This document shows positions 38,147 to 47,946 of a stretch of DNA of 64,000 nt, piece after piece (position 1 is the first letter of the stretch; each line of letters starts with the position of its first letter). Source of the stretch: an uncultured Gammaproteobacteria bacterium (GTDB lineage Bacteria; Patescibacteriota; Patescibacteriia; XYB2-FULL-38-15). A program made the translations under genes and the position numbers. The stretch covers positions 185,228-249,227 of the forward strand of contig OZ246416.1 of assembly GCA_965231095.1 (NCBI GenBank), read 5' to 3'. Below the pieces are notes generated by a model, which was not told the DNA's origin, ran no database searches, and worked only from the letters and a program-made list of their open reading frames with translations.

Positions 38147-39265
38147 ATGCTAACTAAAGACGCAATAAATCAATTCTCGAACTGGAGACAGTTCAAGGTT
38201 AAAAAAACAACAGTGCGCGGCTACGACCGCGAGCTGAGAAACTTCTGCCTGTTTCTCCGCAACCCCGATATTGAGCACATCACCCTGAGTAACGTGATGG
38301 AATACCTGAACGGCATGGCAGAGCTCGGATGGGACAGAAACAGCTTCGTCGGCAAGTGCATGGCACTCCGAAAATTCTTCGAATTCTACCGGCTGCAAGG
38401 CTACAAAGTAATCGACGAAGAACTCATCCCGATCCCGGACAAAGAACCAAAACTGCCTCGCGTAGCGAGCGATGAGCAGTATAAGCAGCTTGTCGCGGCA
38501 ATTCCGCAAGACACCAGCGACCCCCGACACATTAGAAATCTAGCGATCCTCGGCCTTCTTTGGGACACGGGAGCACGAAACGGAGAAGTCTGCTCCCTTA
38601 ACGTGGATGACCTAGACCTGAATGAAAAGAGAGCGATAATCCGAACAGAGAAAGCAAAGTCCCGCCGACCATTCCGCGAGATCTTCTGGACGGACGATAC
38701 CAACGACTACCTGGTGCGCTGGCTCAAGAAGCGGGATCACCTTACGAAAGTCATGAAGTTCGACGAACCGGGCGCACTCTTCGTATCAGTGACCAGCGTG
38801 AAGTGCGGCGACAGGTTCTCCATCAAGGGGGTGGGGGAAATGTTGCGACGGTACTGCAACAGAGCAAAGATGCCGTACATGAACGCCCACAGCTTCCGGC
38901 ACCACCGCGGGCATCACATTATCAAGAGCGGCGGATCGACCGCAGACGTCATGAATATCCTGGGCCACGCTTCGGTGCAAAGCACGACCATCTACACGAT
39001 GATGCACGGCAAAGAGCTTGAACAGCGGGCGCGCCTCTTCCTCACGGACAGCAATAAAGACTTCGCCGGGGAGAGGGAACGCGACCCAGGATTCGATGAT
39101 GCGCTGCAGGGACTGGTCACATTCCTCCGGAATGAAAACCAGGGCAAAGAAGCCATCACGGTCGATGAGTTCCAGCGACAGGCCGAACACTTCTCGAAGC
39201 ACGGGCTCTACATGCAGCGAACCCGATCCAAGACCAAAGTGCCTTATCCACAGTACATAACTTGA
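38147..39265 (+). CDS. Tyrosine recombinase/integrase
   Basis: TGAR, K (TEK), HSFRH, LGH and Y catalytic residues; SAM-like N-terminal domain. Confidence 0.93.
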   Translation: MLTKDAINQFSNWRQFKVKKTTVRGYDRELRNFCLFLRNPDIEHITLSNVMEYLNGMAELGWDRNSFVGKCMALRKFFEFYRLQGYKVIDEELIPIPDKEPKLPRVASDEQYKQLVAAIPQDTSDPRHIRNLAILGLLWDTGARNGEVCSLNVDDLDLNEKRAIIRTEKAKSRRPFREIFWTDDTNDYLVRWLKKRDHLTKVMKFDEPGALFVSVTSVKCGDRFSIKGVGEMLRRYCNRAKMPYMNAHSFRHHRGHHIIKSGGSTADVMNILGHASVQSTTIYTMMHGKELEQRARLFLTDSNKDFAGERERDPGFDDALQGLVTFLRNENQGKEAITVDEFQRQAEHFSKHGLYMQRTRSKTKVPYPQYIT

Positions 39266-39289
39266 CAGAAGTTGACAGAGGAATATAAT
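39244..39289 (+). promoter_or_regulatory. Promoter with DnaA box and tandem TTGACA
   Basis: TTATCCACA 39244, TTGACA 39262 and 39272, TATAAT 39284. Confidence 0.7.
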
Positions 39290-39311
39290 AGTAGTGAAAG
39301 GATTCACCACT

Positions 39312-39530
39312 ATGCCTCTATCAACATTCAAACAAAAACAAGTTCAGGAAATGAAAGACAAAGCGGTGCGCCTGTACCAGCAGGGGCTGGACACGCGCAC
39401 CGTTGCGAAGATGCTCAAGGAATTACATGGCTTCAAACGAAGCCATACTTGGGTATGGGAGGCCGTAAAAGAGCACGATAGTTTATCCACTCCCAAGAAG
39501 TTGACAAAAACTGACAGACGAGTAAAATGA
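39312..39530 (+). CDS. Small HTH DNA-binding protein
   Basis: KAVRLYQQGLDTRTVAKML...RSHTWVWEAVK helix-turn-helix pattern. Confidence 0.7.
   Translation: MPLSTFKQKQVQEMKDKAVRLYQQGLDTRTVAKMLKELHGFKRSHTWVWEAVKEHDSLSTPKKLTKTDRRVK
39483..39528 (+). promoter_or_regulatory. Second promoter with the same layout, pointing toward the element's right edge
   Basis: TTATCCAC 39483, TTGACA 39501, CTGACA 39511, TAAAAT 39523. Confidence 0.65.
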
Positions 39531-39722
39531 CAATAGGATCATTGAAAAGCGAATACGCCTACTCGTCTACGAGGGGGAAAGCACAACAGGCAACAGGGCC
39601 GGTTGCGACTCCTCGCAGACGAGCAGTCGAGAATCAAAGCACGGGTGGCTTCCCCAGCACCGAACCCCCTGTGGCACTTTTTACACTAGAAGAAATATAA
39701 AAAGTGTTGTGGGAAATAAAAT

Positions 39723-40538
39723 ATGAAAAAAGAAGCCAAGCCAAAAATTGATTCTCTGTCCTATTTTCAAGCACAAACAGAAATATTAATGGGACAATAT
39801 AGAGCGTCAAAAATAGTTAATCATCCGGGATCTAAGGGAGATGAAGCTGAGGAAATTTTAAAAAATTTTTTAAAAAAGACGTTGGCAAAAAAATACGCCA
39901 TTGGAAAAGGGCAGATAATAAATAGTTCTAAGGCGAGCTATAGCACTGAACAGGATATTGTTATATATGATGCACACAATTGTCCACTTGTTTATTCGGG
40001 AGAGGGTGTTCAAATTTTTCCAATAGAAAGCGTTTTAGTTGTTATTGAAGTAAAGAGCAGAATTGCCATAAAGAGTGAACCCAAAAATTGTGATATTCTA
40101 AAATTTATAGATAGTACGAGTAAATTAAGGAATATTAGAAAATTGTATAAACAGAAACCTGCGAGCATATTGTTCGGATTCGAGGGAACAGATCTAAATG
40201 ATTTGAGGGATAAATTTTGTGAGAATGTTATAAGTAATAACATTGATAATTGTCCAAACGCTATTTTTATTTTGAATAGTGGTTCGATTATGTTTCAAAC
40301 CTTAGTCACGGATGGTTATTACAGTGTCTCTACGGCGGCGGTAAAGGGGGCGGATTTACATACTCGCTATAAGGAGAGTAGGAAGCGAGACGATACCTTA
40401 TTAATTTTTTATACATTTTTACAAAAACTATTGACGGGAATGATGGCGACCTCAACTGAGCCAGATATGATGGAATATTTTGATTCATGGAAGAACACGG
40501 CGGCCGGAGCAAAGTCGACTAGAAAACCTTGCTTTTAA
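39723..40538 (+). CDS. DUF6602-like restriction-endonuclease-fold protein
   Basis: H.G.KG...E, G.G.II, S.EQDIVIYD, PIESV..VIEVKS; AT-rich. Confidence 0.75.
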   Translation: MKKEAKPKIDSLSYFQAQTEILMGQYRASKIVNHPGSKGDEAEEILKNFLKKTLAKKYAIGKGQIINSSKASYSTEQDIVIYDAHNCPLVYSGEGVQIFPIESVLVVIEVKSRIAIKSEPKNCDILKFIDSTSKLRNIRKLYKQKPASILFGFEGTDLNDLRDKFCENVISNNIDNCPNAIFILNSGSIMFQTLVTDGYYSVSTAAVKGADLHTRYKESRKRDDTLLIFYTFLQKLLTGMMATSTEPDMMEYFDSWKNTAAGAKSTRKPCF

Positions 40539-40579
40539 TATCAACTTGCGCTAAACTCTTTAAATATTCAAAATAAGAT

Positions 40580-40667
40580 GTCTTTGCGAGCGAAGCGAAG
40601 CAATCTCATAAACAGGGGGATTGACGCGTCGTTCACCCGCCAAGGCGGGATCACTCCTCGCAATGAC
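40580..40667. repeat. Palindromic intergenic element of the GTCATTGCGAG...CTCGCAATGAC type
   Basis: gtctttgcgag-cgaagcgaagcaatc...gattg...ctcgcaatgac with an internal cccgccaaggcggg hairpin. Confidence 0.7.
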
Positions 40668-40678
40668 TGCAAAATAGC

Positions 40679-42736
40679 ATGAACAAAATCAAAAGATTCT
40701 TCGTAAACGCGGGAAAAAAGTTATTCAGAACTGCCAGAGCTAAGGTTTGGTGGCTAATTATTTTAATTATAGCCATTACCGTTTTGGCGGGATTTTTAGA
40801 TTATCCAAAATATTATGACAAGGGCGTGGATTGGCTCAAGAAAACCACAGGTATTGCTTTGCCGGAATTTTATAAATTACCATTTCGCCTAGGACTTGAT
40901 TTGCAGGGCGGGACGCATTTGATTTATGAAGCTGACACTTCGGCGATTCCGGAGAAAGATCGCGACGACGCGCTTGAAGGCGTGCGCGACGTTATTGAAC
41001 GCCGCGTGAACGCGTTTGGCGTGGCCGAACCGGTTGTCCAGACCACGAGCGCCGGAGATAGCCGGCGGGTGGTTGTGGAATTGGCTGGAGTAAAAGATGT
41101 TTCCCAGGCGATTAAAATGATTGGTGAGACGCCGCTTTTGGAATTTAAAGAACAAGCCGCTCCGGTCGAGACAGAACTTACTGCCGAACAGCAGAAAGAA
41201 ATGAATGATTATAACGCAACGGCGAAAAAAACGGCTAATGAAGTTTTGAAAAAAGCCCGGGCGAAAGGAGCCGATTTCGCCGCCCTGGTAGGGGAATATT
41301 CAACTGATGAAGCGACAAAAGCAGTCGGCGGTGATTTGGGATTTATTACAAAAAATGGCGCGTACGCGGATTTGTATGATGATGCCGCAAAACTGAAAGT
41401 TGGCGGAGTGAGTGGTTTAATTGAGACCGATGGCAATATCAGTATTATTAAATTGGAAGCGACGCAAGATGCCAAAGAAGTAAAAGCAAATCATCTTTTA
41501 ATTTGTTGGCAGGGAGCGCAAAGTTGCGCGGGAAATTTATCAAAAGAAGATGCCAAGAAAAAAATTGACGAGTTGAAAGCGCAAGCAATAAAAGAAAATT
41601 TTATTGATTTAGTAAAAGCAAATTCAACAGAACCGGGCGCGGCAACTTCGGGCGGCGACCTCGGATGGTTTGGAAAAGATATGATGGTAAAGCCGTTTGA
41701 AACCGCGGCCTTTGCTCTCGGAGTCGGAGAAATTTCCGACGTGGTTGAAACGCAATTTGGCTATCATTTGATTTATAAAACTGACGAAAAAATTGTAAAA
41801 GAATATCGTGTTTCAAGAATTTTAATTGATAAAAAAACAAAAGCGGAAATTCTTCCGCCGGCCGAAGAATGGGCTTATACCGGACTTACCGGCAAACAGC
41901 TGGTCAGGGCGCAAGTTCAATTTGATCCGAATACCAATGCGCCGCAAGTCGGTTTGGAATTTAATGATGAGGGAAAAAAATTATTTGGAGAAATTACCGA
42001 GCGAAGTGTTAGTAAGCCGATAGCGATTTTTTTGGATGGCGAGGCCATTAGCATTCCGACCGTTCAAGAACCGATTAAAGACGGCCAGGCGGTAATCAGC
42101 GGAAGTTTTACAATTCCCGAAGCAAAACTTTTGGCGCAACGACTAAACGCCGGCGCTCTTCCGGTTCCGATTAATTTAATCAGCCAGGAAACAATTGGCG
42201 CGGCGCTTGGCGCGGAATCTGTTTCAAAAAGTTTGATGGCTGGATTGCTCGGGTTTTTAGCGGTTATAATTTTTATGATCTTGTATTATAGATTACCGGG
42301 ATTTTTGTCCGCTCTGGCTTTAGTTTTTTACGCCGTATTAGTTCTCGCGCTTTTTAAATTAATCCCAGTGACGTTGACTTTGGCGGGAATTGCCGGTTTT
42401 GTCTTGTCAGTCGGTATGGCGGTTGACGCGAATGTTTTGATTTTTGAAAGAATGAAAGAGGAATTAAAATTAGGAAAACCGCTCGGTTCAGCAATTGATG
42501 AAGGATTCAAACGCGCTTGGCCGTCAATTCGCGACGGAAATTTGACCACTTTAATTTCTTGTTTGGTTTTGTTCTGGTTTTCCACGAGTATGATTAAAGG
42601 ATTTGCCCTGACGCTCTCGGTTGGTGTTATTTTAAGTATGTTTTCGGCTTTGTTTATCACGCGGACGCTTTTGAATTTTATCGCGCCGTGGTTTCATAAA
42701 GGCACATGGTTGTTTGGTGTAAAAAATAAAAAGTAA
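40679..42736 (+). CDS. secD: Protein translocase subunit SecD with two inserted parvulin (PPIase) domains
   Basis: LGLDLQGG, IERRVN.FGV.EP, GMAVDANVLIFER, DGNLTT; inserts GGDLGF and GGDLGWF..MVKPFE..AF...ET.FGYHLI. Confidence 0.93.
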   Translation: MNKIKRFFVNAGKKLFRTARAKVWWLIILIIAITVLAGFLDYPKYYDKGVDWLKKTTGIALPEFYKLPFRLGLDLQGGTHLIYEADTSAIPEKDRDDALEGVRDVIERRVNAFGVAEPVVQTTSAGDSRRVVVELAGVKDVSQAIKMIGETPLLEFKEQAAPVETELTAEQQKEMNDYNATAKKTANEVLKKARAKGADFAALVGEYSTDEATKAVGGDLGFITKNGAYADLYDDAAKLKVGGVSGLIETDGNISIIKLEATQDAKEVKANHLLICWQGAQSCAGNLSKEDAKKKIDELKAQAIKENFIDLVKANSTEPGAATSGGDLGWFGKDMMVKPFETAAFALGVGEISDVVETQFGYHLIYKTDEKIVKEYRVSRILIDKKTKAEILPPAEEWAYTGLTGKQLVRAQVQFDPNTNAPQVGLEFNDEGKKLFGEITERSVSKPIAIFLDGEAISIPTVQEPIKDGQAVISGSFTIPEAKLLAQRLNAGALPVPINLISQETIGAALGAESVSKSLMAGLLGFLAVIIFMILYYRLPGFLSALALVFYAVLVLALFKLIPVTLTLAGIAGFVLSVGMAVDANVLIFERMKEELKLGKPLGSAIDEGFKRAWPSIRDGNLTTLISCLVLFWFSTSMIKGFALTLSVGVILSMFSALFITRTLLNFIAPWFHKGTWLFGVKNKK

Positions 42737-42755
42737 TTAATTTGAATTTATAAAT

Positions 42756-43658
42756 ATGGTTAACATTATTGGTCATAGAAAACTTTGGTTGATAATTGCC
42801 GGCTCTCTGGTCGTTGCCTCTATTGTGGCAGTTTCGCTGTGGGGATTAAAGTTTGGCATTGATTTTACCGGAGGATCACTCCTGGAATTATCTTTTAAAA
42901 ATCGTCCGGCAACCGTGGATTTAGCTTCGGATCTCGCGAATTTTGGCGCGGAAGAAGTGAGCATTCAACCGGTGGGGGGAGAGGGAATGCTCTTGCGTTT
43001 CAAAACGGTTGACGAGACAAAACATCAGGAAATTTTAAAACACCTTTCGGAAAAATTTGGTGAAGTAGAGGAAAAAAGATTTGAATCAATCGGCCCGACA
43101 ATCGGTAAAGAATTACGGACGAAAGCGATTTACTCCATGATTATTGTTTTGGCTTGTATTATTGCCTACATCGCCTGGGCATTTAGAAAAGTTTCCAAAC
43201 CGGTCGCTTCGTGGAAATATGGAATGATTGCCGTTTTGGCGCTTCTTCATGACGTGGGAATTCCGATTGGGCTCTTTGCTATTCTCGGGCATTTTGCCGG
43301 AGTGGAAGTGAATAGCGCTTTTGTCGCGGCGATTCTTACGATCTTGGGTTATTCGGTTAATGATACAATCGTGGTTTTTGATCGGGTTAGAGAAAATTTA
43401 ATTCGTGCCGGCGGTGATTATGAAAATTTTGATAAGATTGTGAATGAAAGCGTGAACCAAACTTTTGCCCGGTCAATCAATACGACCCTCACGACCTTGC
43501 TCGCGCTCGTGGCCGTATTTTTCTGGGGAGGGGAGTCGGTCAAATATTTTGCTCTGGCGCTGATTGTTGGCATTGGTTTGGGCGCGTATTCTTCGATTTT
43601 TATCGCTAGCCCGGCGCTTGTTTTGTGGGAAGAGCTGACCACTAGAAAACGAAGTTAG
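42756..43658 (+). CDS. secF: Protein translocase subunit SecF
   Basis: GIDFTGG, IGPTIG.EL, GYSVNDTIVVFDRVREN, RSINT. Confidence 0.95.
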   Translation: MVNIIGHRKLWLIIAGSLVVASIVAVSLWGLKFGIDFTGGSLLELSFKNRPATVDLASDLANFGAEEVSIQPVGGEGMLLRFKTVDETKHQEILKHLSEKFGEVEEKRFESIGPTIGKELRTKAIYSMIIVLACIIAYIAWAFRKVSKPVASWKYGMIAVLALLHDVGIPIGLFAILGHFAGVEVNSAFVAAILTILGYSVNDTIVVFDRVRENLIRAGGDYENFDKIVNESVNQTFARSINTTLTTLLALVAVFFWGGESVKYFALALIVGIGLGAYSSIFIASPALVLWEELTTRKRS

Positions 43659-43676
43659 TTTTAAAGACAATTTAAT

Positions 43677-43707
43677 GGGCGATCCGCTAAATCGGCGGGT
43701 CGCTTTT
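43677..43707 (+). terminator. Terminator after secF
   Basis: gggcgatccgc...gcgggtcgctttt. Confidence 0.6.
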
Positions 43708-43765
43708 GGTTTTAGTAAATGTGGATAACTTTTCTTGACAGACTCTTGGCGGCATGTTATCTTAT

Positions 43766-43788
43766 ACCCATACCCCCTGGGGGAGGGT
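43766..43788. promoter_or_regulatory. Probable CsoR operator
   Basis: C-tract/G-tract pseudo-palindrome ACCCATACCCCCTGGGGGAGGGT downstream of a TTGACA promoter. Confidence 0.6.
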
Positions 43789-43817
43789 CAAGATAAATTA
43801 AAAATTATTTCAAATTT

Positions 43818-44096
43818 ATGAAGCCAGCAATCAAGAAAGAATGTTTAAAAAGGATGAATTATTTAAAGGGTCATTTGGACGGAGTTAAAAAAATGTTGGA
43901 GGCGGATGCTTATTGTATTGATGTGATTAAACAAAATAGGGCAGTAATTAACGCCCTGCATAAAGTCAATGAGCTTATTTTGGGCAGCCATTTTGATACC
44001 TGTGTCGTGGGCGCATCGTTCGGGAAGAATAAAAATAGACAGCGAGCGATGGTCCAGGAGTTGATGGGGATTTATAAAACAAGTAACAAAATTTAA
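43818..44096 (+). CDS. csoR: CsoR-family metal-sensing repressor
   Basis: R....GH..G...M.E...YCIDV..Q; H...C. Confidence 0.85.
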   Translation: MKPAIKKECLKRMNYLKGHLDGVKKMLEADAYCIDVIKQNRAVINALHKVNELILGSHFDTCVVGASFGKNKNRQRAMVQELMGIYKTSNKI

Positions 44097-44098
44097 AA

Positions 44099-45235
44099 AT
44101 GATAAATAAAAAAGATAATTTTGAAATTAGGGCGACGAAATATATTTTAGTTGGTCTGGGGCTAGTGGCGCTCTTGGGGGTTTATTTTATTTTGCAAAAG
44201 AGCGGCGCTTTGCAGATTTTTTCCCGGCTTCAAGATAATAATCTGGGCTATGGTTTATTGTTTATAATCGGAGTCCTCGCCAGCTTTCATTGTGTGGGAA
44301 TGTGCGGCGGATTTGTCGTGTCATATACTGCCGGCGAGTGTTTGGGCGCGACCCGCCAAAAAAAATTATTGCCCCACCTTTATTATAATTTTGGAAGAAT
44401 TGTTTCTTATACTTTGGTCGGCGCAATTTTAGGCGGCATTGGATCGTTTTTTGGGATTAATCCAATTTTTTCGGGGATCTTAACTTTATTCGCCGCGGCC
44501 GTAATGCTTGCCATGGGCGCGTCGCTTGTAAAAAATATAAATTTTGTCGAGAAGATAAAATCAAAGATGCCAAAATTTGTCGCCAAATATTTATTTTCCC
44601 AAAAATATGAGAGCAAACCGAAGGGGCCTTTTGTTATCGGATTTTTAAATGGGTTTATGCCATGCGGTCCGCTTCAGGCCGTCCAGTTTTACGCCCTGGG
44701 CACGGGGAGCGCTCTCTCTGGCGCGCTTTCATTATTTTTCTTTGGTCTTGGCACAACCTTTTTGATGTTTGGATTCGGATATTTTATTTCTTCAATTTCG
44801 AGCGAACGAGTAAAAAAGATGATGAAAATTTCCGGCGTGGTTGTAATTCTTTTGGGATTATTTATGTTGAATCGCGGATTGACGAATTTTGGCTGGGGCT
44901 TTAGAAATTTATTGCCAAGCGGGCAGGTTGCGGAAAATTTTGTAGGTGAAACACCGACCCAAGGAGAATATCAAACCGCGAAAATGGATTTAACTTATCG
45001 CGGTTATGTGCCGAATGTTTTGTATGTTAAAAAAGGCGTGCCGGTGAAATGGATTATAAATGTTAAACAAATGAGCGGCTGCACTGACGCCATCTTGCTG
45101 GAAAAATTCGGGATCAGAAAAGATTTGAAATACGGAGAAAATATAATTGAGTTTACTCCGACTGAGACCGGGGAAATTCCGTTTTCCTGCTGGATGAAAA
45201 TGGTTTGGGGAAAATTTATCGTGACGGAAAATTGA
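44099..45235 (+). CDS. DsbD_2/TauE-like membrane protein with C-terminal cupredoxin domain
   Basis: HCVGMCGG, GFMPCGPLQ, FSCWM.M..G. Confidence 0.85.
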   Translation: MINKKDNFEIRATKYILVGLGLVALLGVYFILQKSGALQIFSRLQDNNLGYGLLFIIGVLASFHCVGMCGGFVVSYTAGECLGATRQKKLLPHLYYNFGRIVSYTLVGAILGGIGSFFGINPIFSGILTLFAAAVMLAMGASLVKNINFVEKIKSKMPKFVAKYLFSQKYESKPKGPFVIGFLNGFMPCGPLQAVQFYALGTGSALSGALSLFFFGLGTTFLMFGFGYFISSISSERVKKMMKISGVVVILLGLFMLNRGLTNFGWGFRNLLPSGQVAENFVGETPTQGEYQTAKMDLTYRGYVPNVLYVKKGVPVKWIINVKQMSGCTDAILLEKFGIRKDLKYGENIIEFTPTETGEIPFSCWMKMVWGKFIVTEN

Positions 45236-45299
45236 TACTTTATTCGTCCTTAATGTGGATGAGATATAATTTTGATGATTAATTTTTAACTTTAAAATT

Positions 45300-45638
45300 A
45301 TGAAAAAAATTTATTTGATAATTTTATCAGTGTTAGCGTTTTTCCCCGTCGCCGTTTTGGCTCAAGGATATTACTATGATACCGACGGGTATGGGATGAT
45401 GAGCGGGGCGTGGGGGTTCGGCGGGATGATGGGATACGGCATAATGTTTTTTAGTTTGGTATTTTGGGTGCTGATAATTTTCGGCTTGATTTATCTCGTT
45501 AAGTGGCTTGCGGGACAAGGGAAAAATGAAAAATCGGAGCATCGTCGGGCAGAGGAAATTTTAAAAGAAAGATACGCGAAAGGAGAAATTGATAAGAAAG
45601 AATTTGAAGAAAAAATAAAAGAAATTAAAAGCGTCTAA
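45300..45638 (+). CDS. SHOCT-domain membrane protein
   Basis: GMM repeats, [20 protein letters not shown]. Confidence 0.85.
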   Translation: MKKIYLIILSVLAFFPVAVLAQGYYYDTDGYGMMSGAWGFGGMMGYGIMFFSLVFWVLIIFGLIYLVKWLAGQGKNEKSEHRRAEEILKERYAKGEIDKKEFEEKIKEIKSV

Positions 45639-45657
45639 TAATTTAAAACGTGCGTAT

Positions 45658-47892
45658 ATGAAGGAACAAATTTTCAATGTCAGCGGTATGGACTGCGCGA
45701 GTTGCGCGATCAATATTGAAATTTTTTTGAAAAAGATGGACGGCATAAAAAAAGTTAATGTTAATTTGCCGGCGGCAAAAGCTTCGGTTAGTTTTGATGA
45801 AACAAAAGTCAGCGAGAAAGAAATTATTGTGGCGATTGATAAATTGGGTTATAAGGCAAGTCTCGCGAATACTGAGGCGATGCACGCGGCCGGGCATGAT
45901 CACGAAAAAATGATGCGGGAAGAAGAATTGAAAAAATTAAAAAGAAAAGTTTTCGTCGGCGCTATTTTGAGCATACTTGTTTTTTGGGGAAGTTTTCCCG
46001 AATGGTTTCCCTGGACTCCGGAATTTTTGATGAACAAGACAGTGCTTTTTATTTTAGCAACGCCGGTGCAGTTTTGGGTCGGCTGGCAATTTTATCGGGG
46101 ATTTTTGATCGCCCTTAAAAACAAAATGGCCAACATGGATACCTTGATTGCGGTTGGGACTTCGGCGGCTTATGGATACAGTTTTGTGGCGACTTTTTTT
46201 CCGGAAGTTTTTCGCGGAGCGGGACTGGAAGTAAATATTTATTTTGACACCGCGGCGATCATTATCACTTTGATTTTGCTTGGGCGGCTTCTTGAGGCCA
46301 GAGCCAGGGCGGGGACATCAGAGGCAATTAAAAAATTAATGGGACTTCGAGCAAAAACCGCGAAGGTTGTGCGCGACGGTGAGGAAAAGGATATTCCGAT
46401 AGAAGAAGTCGTAGTTGGAGATATTATTATTGTTCGGCCGGGAGAAAAAATTCCGGTTGACGGCATTATTGTTGAAGGGCGGACTTCAATAGACGAATCA
46501 ATGGTGACCGGAGAGTCAATGCCCGTGACAAAAGAAGTCGGAGAATCGGTTATTGGCGCGACAGTAAATAAATTTGGCGCTTTTAAATTGAGGGCGACTA
46601 AGGTTGGGAAAGATACAATGCTTTCGCAAATCATTGAATTGGTTTTGCGCGCGCAAGGTTCTAAGGCGCCAATTCAAAAATTAGCCGATAAAGTTACGGC
46701 GATTTTTGTTCCGGCGGTTTTAGGAATTGCCGCGGCAACTTTCATTGTTTGGTTTATTTTTGGTCCGGCGCCGGCGTTTACTTTTGCTCTTCTGAATTTC
46801 GTGGCGGTTTTGATTATCGCGTGTCCCTGCGCCTTGGGGCTTGCGACGCCAACCGCGATTATGGTTGGGACGGGAATGGGCGCGGCAAACGGAATTTTGA
46901 TAAAAGATGCGGAAAGTTTAGAAATTGCCCATAAGGTGAATGCCGTTGTTATGGATAAAACCGGAACGATCACAACAGGAAAGCCGTCTTTGACAGACAT
47001 TGTTCAGTTGGCCGCATTACCGGAAAATGAAATTTTGTTTTTGGCGGCGAGCGCGGAGAAAAATTCCGAACATCCGTTGGGTGAGGCGATTGTTCTGGCT
47101 GCCAAAGAGAAAAATATTGCATTATCTGACGCAACAGATTTCACGGCCATTGCCGGCGCGGGAGTCAGGGCAAAAATTTCCGAAAAAAAAGTTTTAGTTG
47201 GGACAAAACAATTGATGTCTGGGCAGGAAGTTGTTATGGCCGGCGGAGAAGAAAAAATGGCTGAACTTGAAGAGCAGGGGAAAACAGTAATGATTGTGGC
47301 GGTTGATGGAAAAGAAATAGGTTTGATTGCCGTGGCTGATACGCCAAAGCCCAGCTCGCGGGCGGCCGTAGAAAAATTGCAAAAAATGGGATTGGAAGTT
47401 ATTATGATGACCGGCGATAACCAAAAAACCGCCGAAGCTATTGCGCGCGAAGTCGGCGTCCGGCGCGTGATCGCGAGAGTTTTGCCGGAACGAAAAGCGG
47501 AAGAAATTAAAAAATTGCAGGCGGAAGGAAAAGTTGTGGCAATGGTTGGCGACGGGATTAACGATGCGCCGGCCCTGGCGGCTGCGGACGTTGGCATTGC
47601 CATGGGAACGGGCACGGATATTGCCATGGAAGCCGGAGACATTACTTTAATGAAGGGTGATCTTTCGGGTATCATCGGAGCCCTGGAACTTTCAAGATCA
47701 ACAATGAAAATTATAAAACAAAATCTTTTTTGGGCTTACGCTTATAATACGGTTTTGATTCCGGTGGCGGCCGGCATTCTTTATCCGTTTTTTGGAATTT
47801 TATTAAATCCGATTTTGGCAGCAGCAGCAATGGGTCTGTCAAGCATAAGTGTGGTGGGAAATTCCTTGAGATTAAAAAGAGTGAAGTTATAA
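45658..47892 (+). CDS. copA: Copper-translocating P1B-type ATPase
   Basis: [33 protein letters not shown] and MGLSS. Confidence 0.95.
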   Translation: MKEQIFNVSGMDCASCAINIEIFLKKMDGIKKVNVNLPAAKASVSFDETKVSEKEIIVAIDKLGYKASLANTEAMHAAGHDHEKMMREEELKKLKRKVFVGAILSILVFWGSFPEWFPWTPEFLMNKTVLFILATPVQFWVGWQFYRGFLIALKNKMANMDTLIAVGTSAAYGYSFVATFFPEVFRGAGLEVNIYFDTAAIIITLILLGRLLEARARAGTSEAIKKLMGLRAKTAKVVRDGEEKDIPIEEVVVGDIIIVRPGEKIPVDGIIVEGRTSIDESMVTGESMPVTKEVGESVIGATVNKFGAFKLRATKVGKDTMLSQIIELVLRAQGSKAPIQKLADKVTAIFVPAVLGIAAATFIVWFIFGPAPAFTFALLNFVAVLIIACPCALGLATPTAIMVGTGMGAANGILIKDAESLEIAHKVNAVVMDKTGTITTGKPSLTDIVQLAALPENEILFLAASAEKNSEHPLGEAIVLAAKEKNIALSDATDFTAIAGAGVRAKISEKKVLVGTKQLMSGQEVVMAGGEEKMAELEEQGKTVMIVAVDGKEIGLIAVADTPKPSSRAAVEKLQKMGLEVIMMTGDNQKTAEAIAREVGVRRVIARVLPERKAEEIKKLQAEGKVVAMVGDGINDAPALAAADVGIAMGTGTDIAMEAGDITLMKGDLSGIIGALELSRSTMKIIKQNLFWAYAYNTVLIPVAAGILYPFFGILLNPILAAAAMGLSSISVVGNSLRLKRVKL

Positions 47893-47946
47893 ATTTAAGA
47901 AATAAAATTTTGACGTTGGGTATTTTTTAGTGTAGAATAAACAAAT

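Larger units (their letters stand above)
20069..39530 (+). mobile_element. Podovirus-like prophage core (virion, lysis, integrase); element probably extends left through the cargo beyond the window
   Basis: Co-oriented portal-scaffold-capsid-adaptor-nozzle-fibre-ejection-lysis-integrase order; no tape measure or tail tube seen. Confidence 0.88.

Noticed and set aside
39646-39666. TGGCTTCCCCAGCACCGAACC as a reverse tRNA 3' end marking attR
   Set aside because: The spacing between TTCG and CCA is 4 nt too short for a tRNA, and no partner repeat exists in the window
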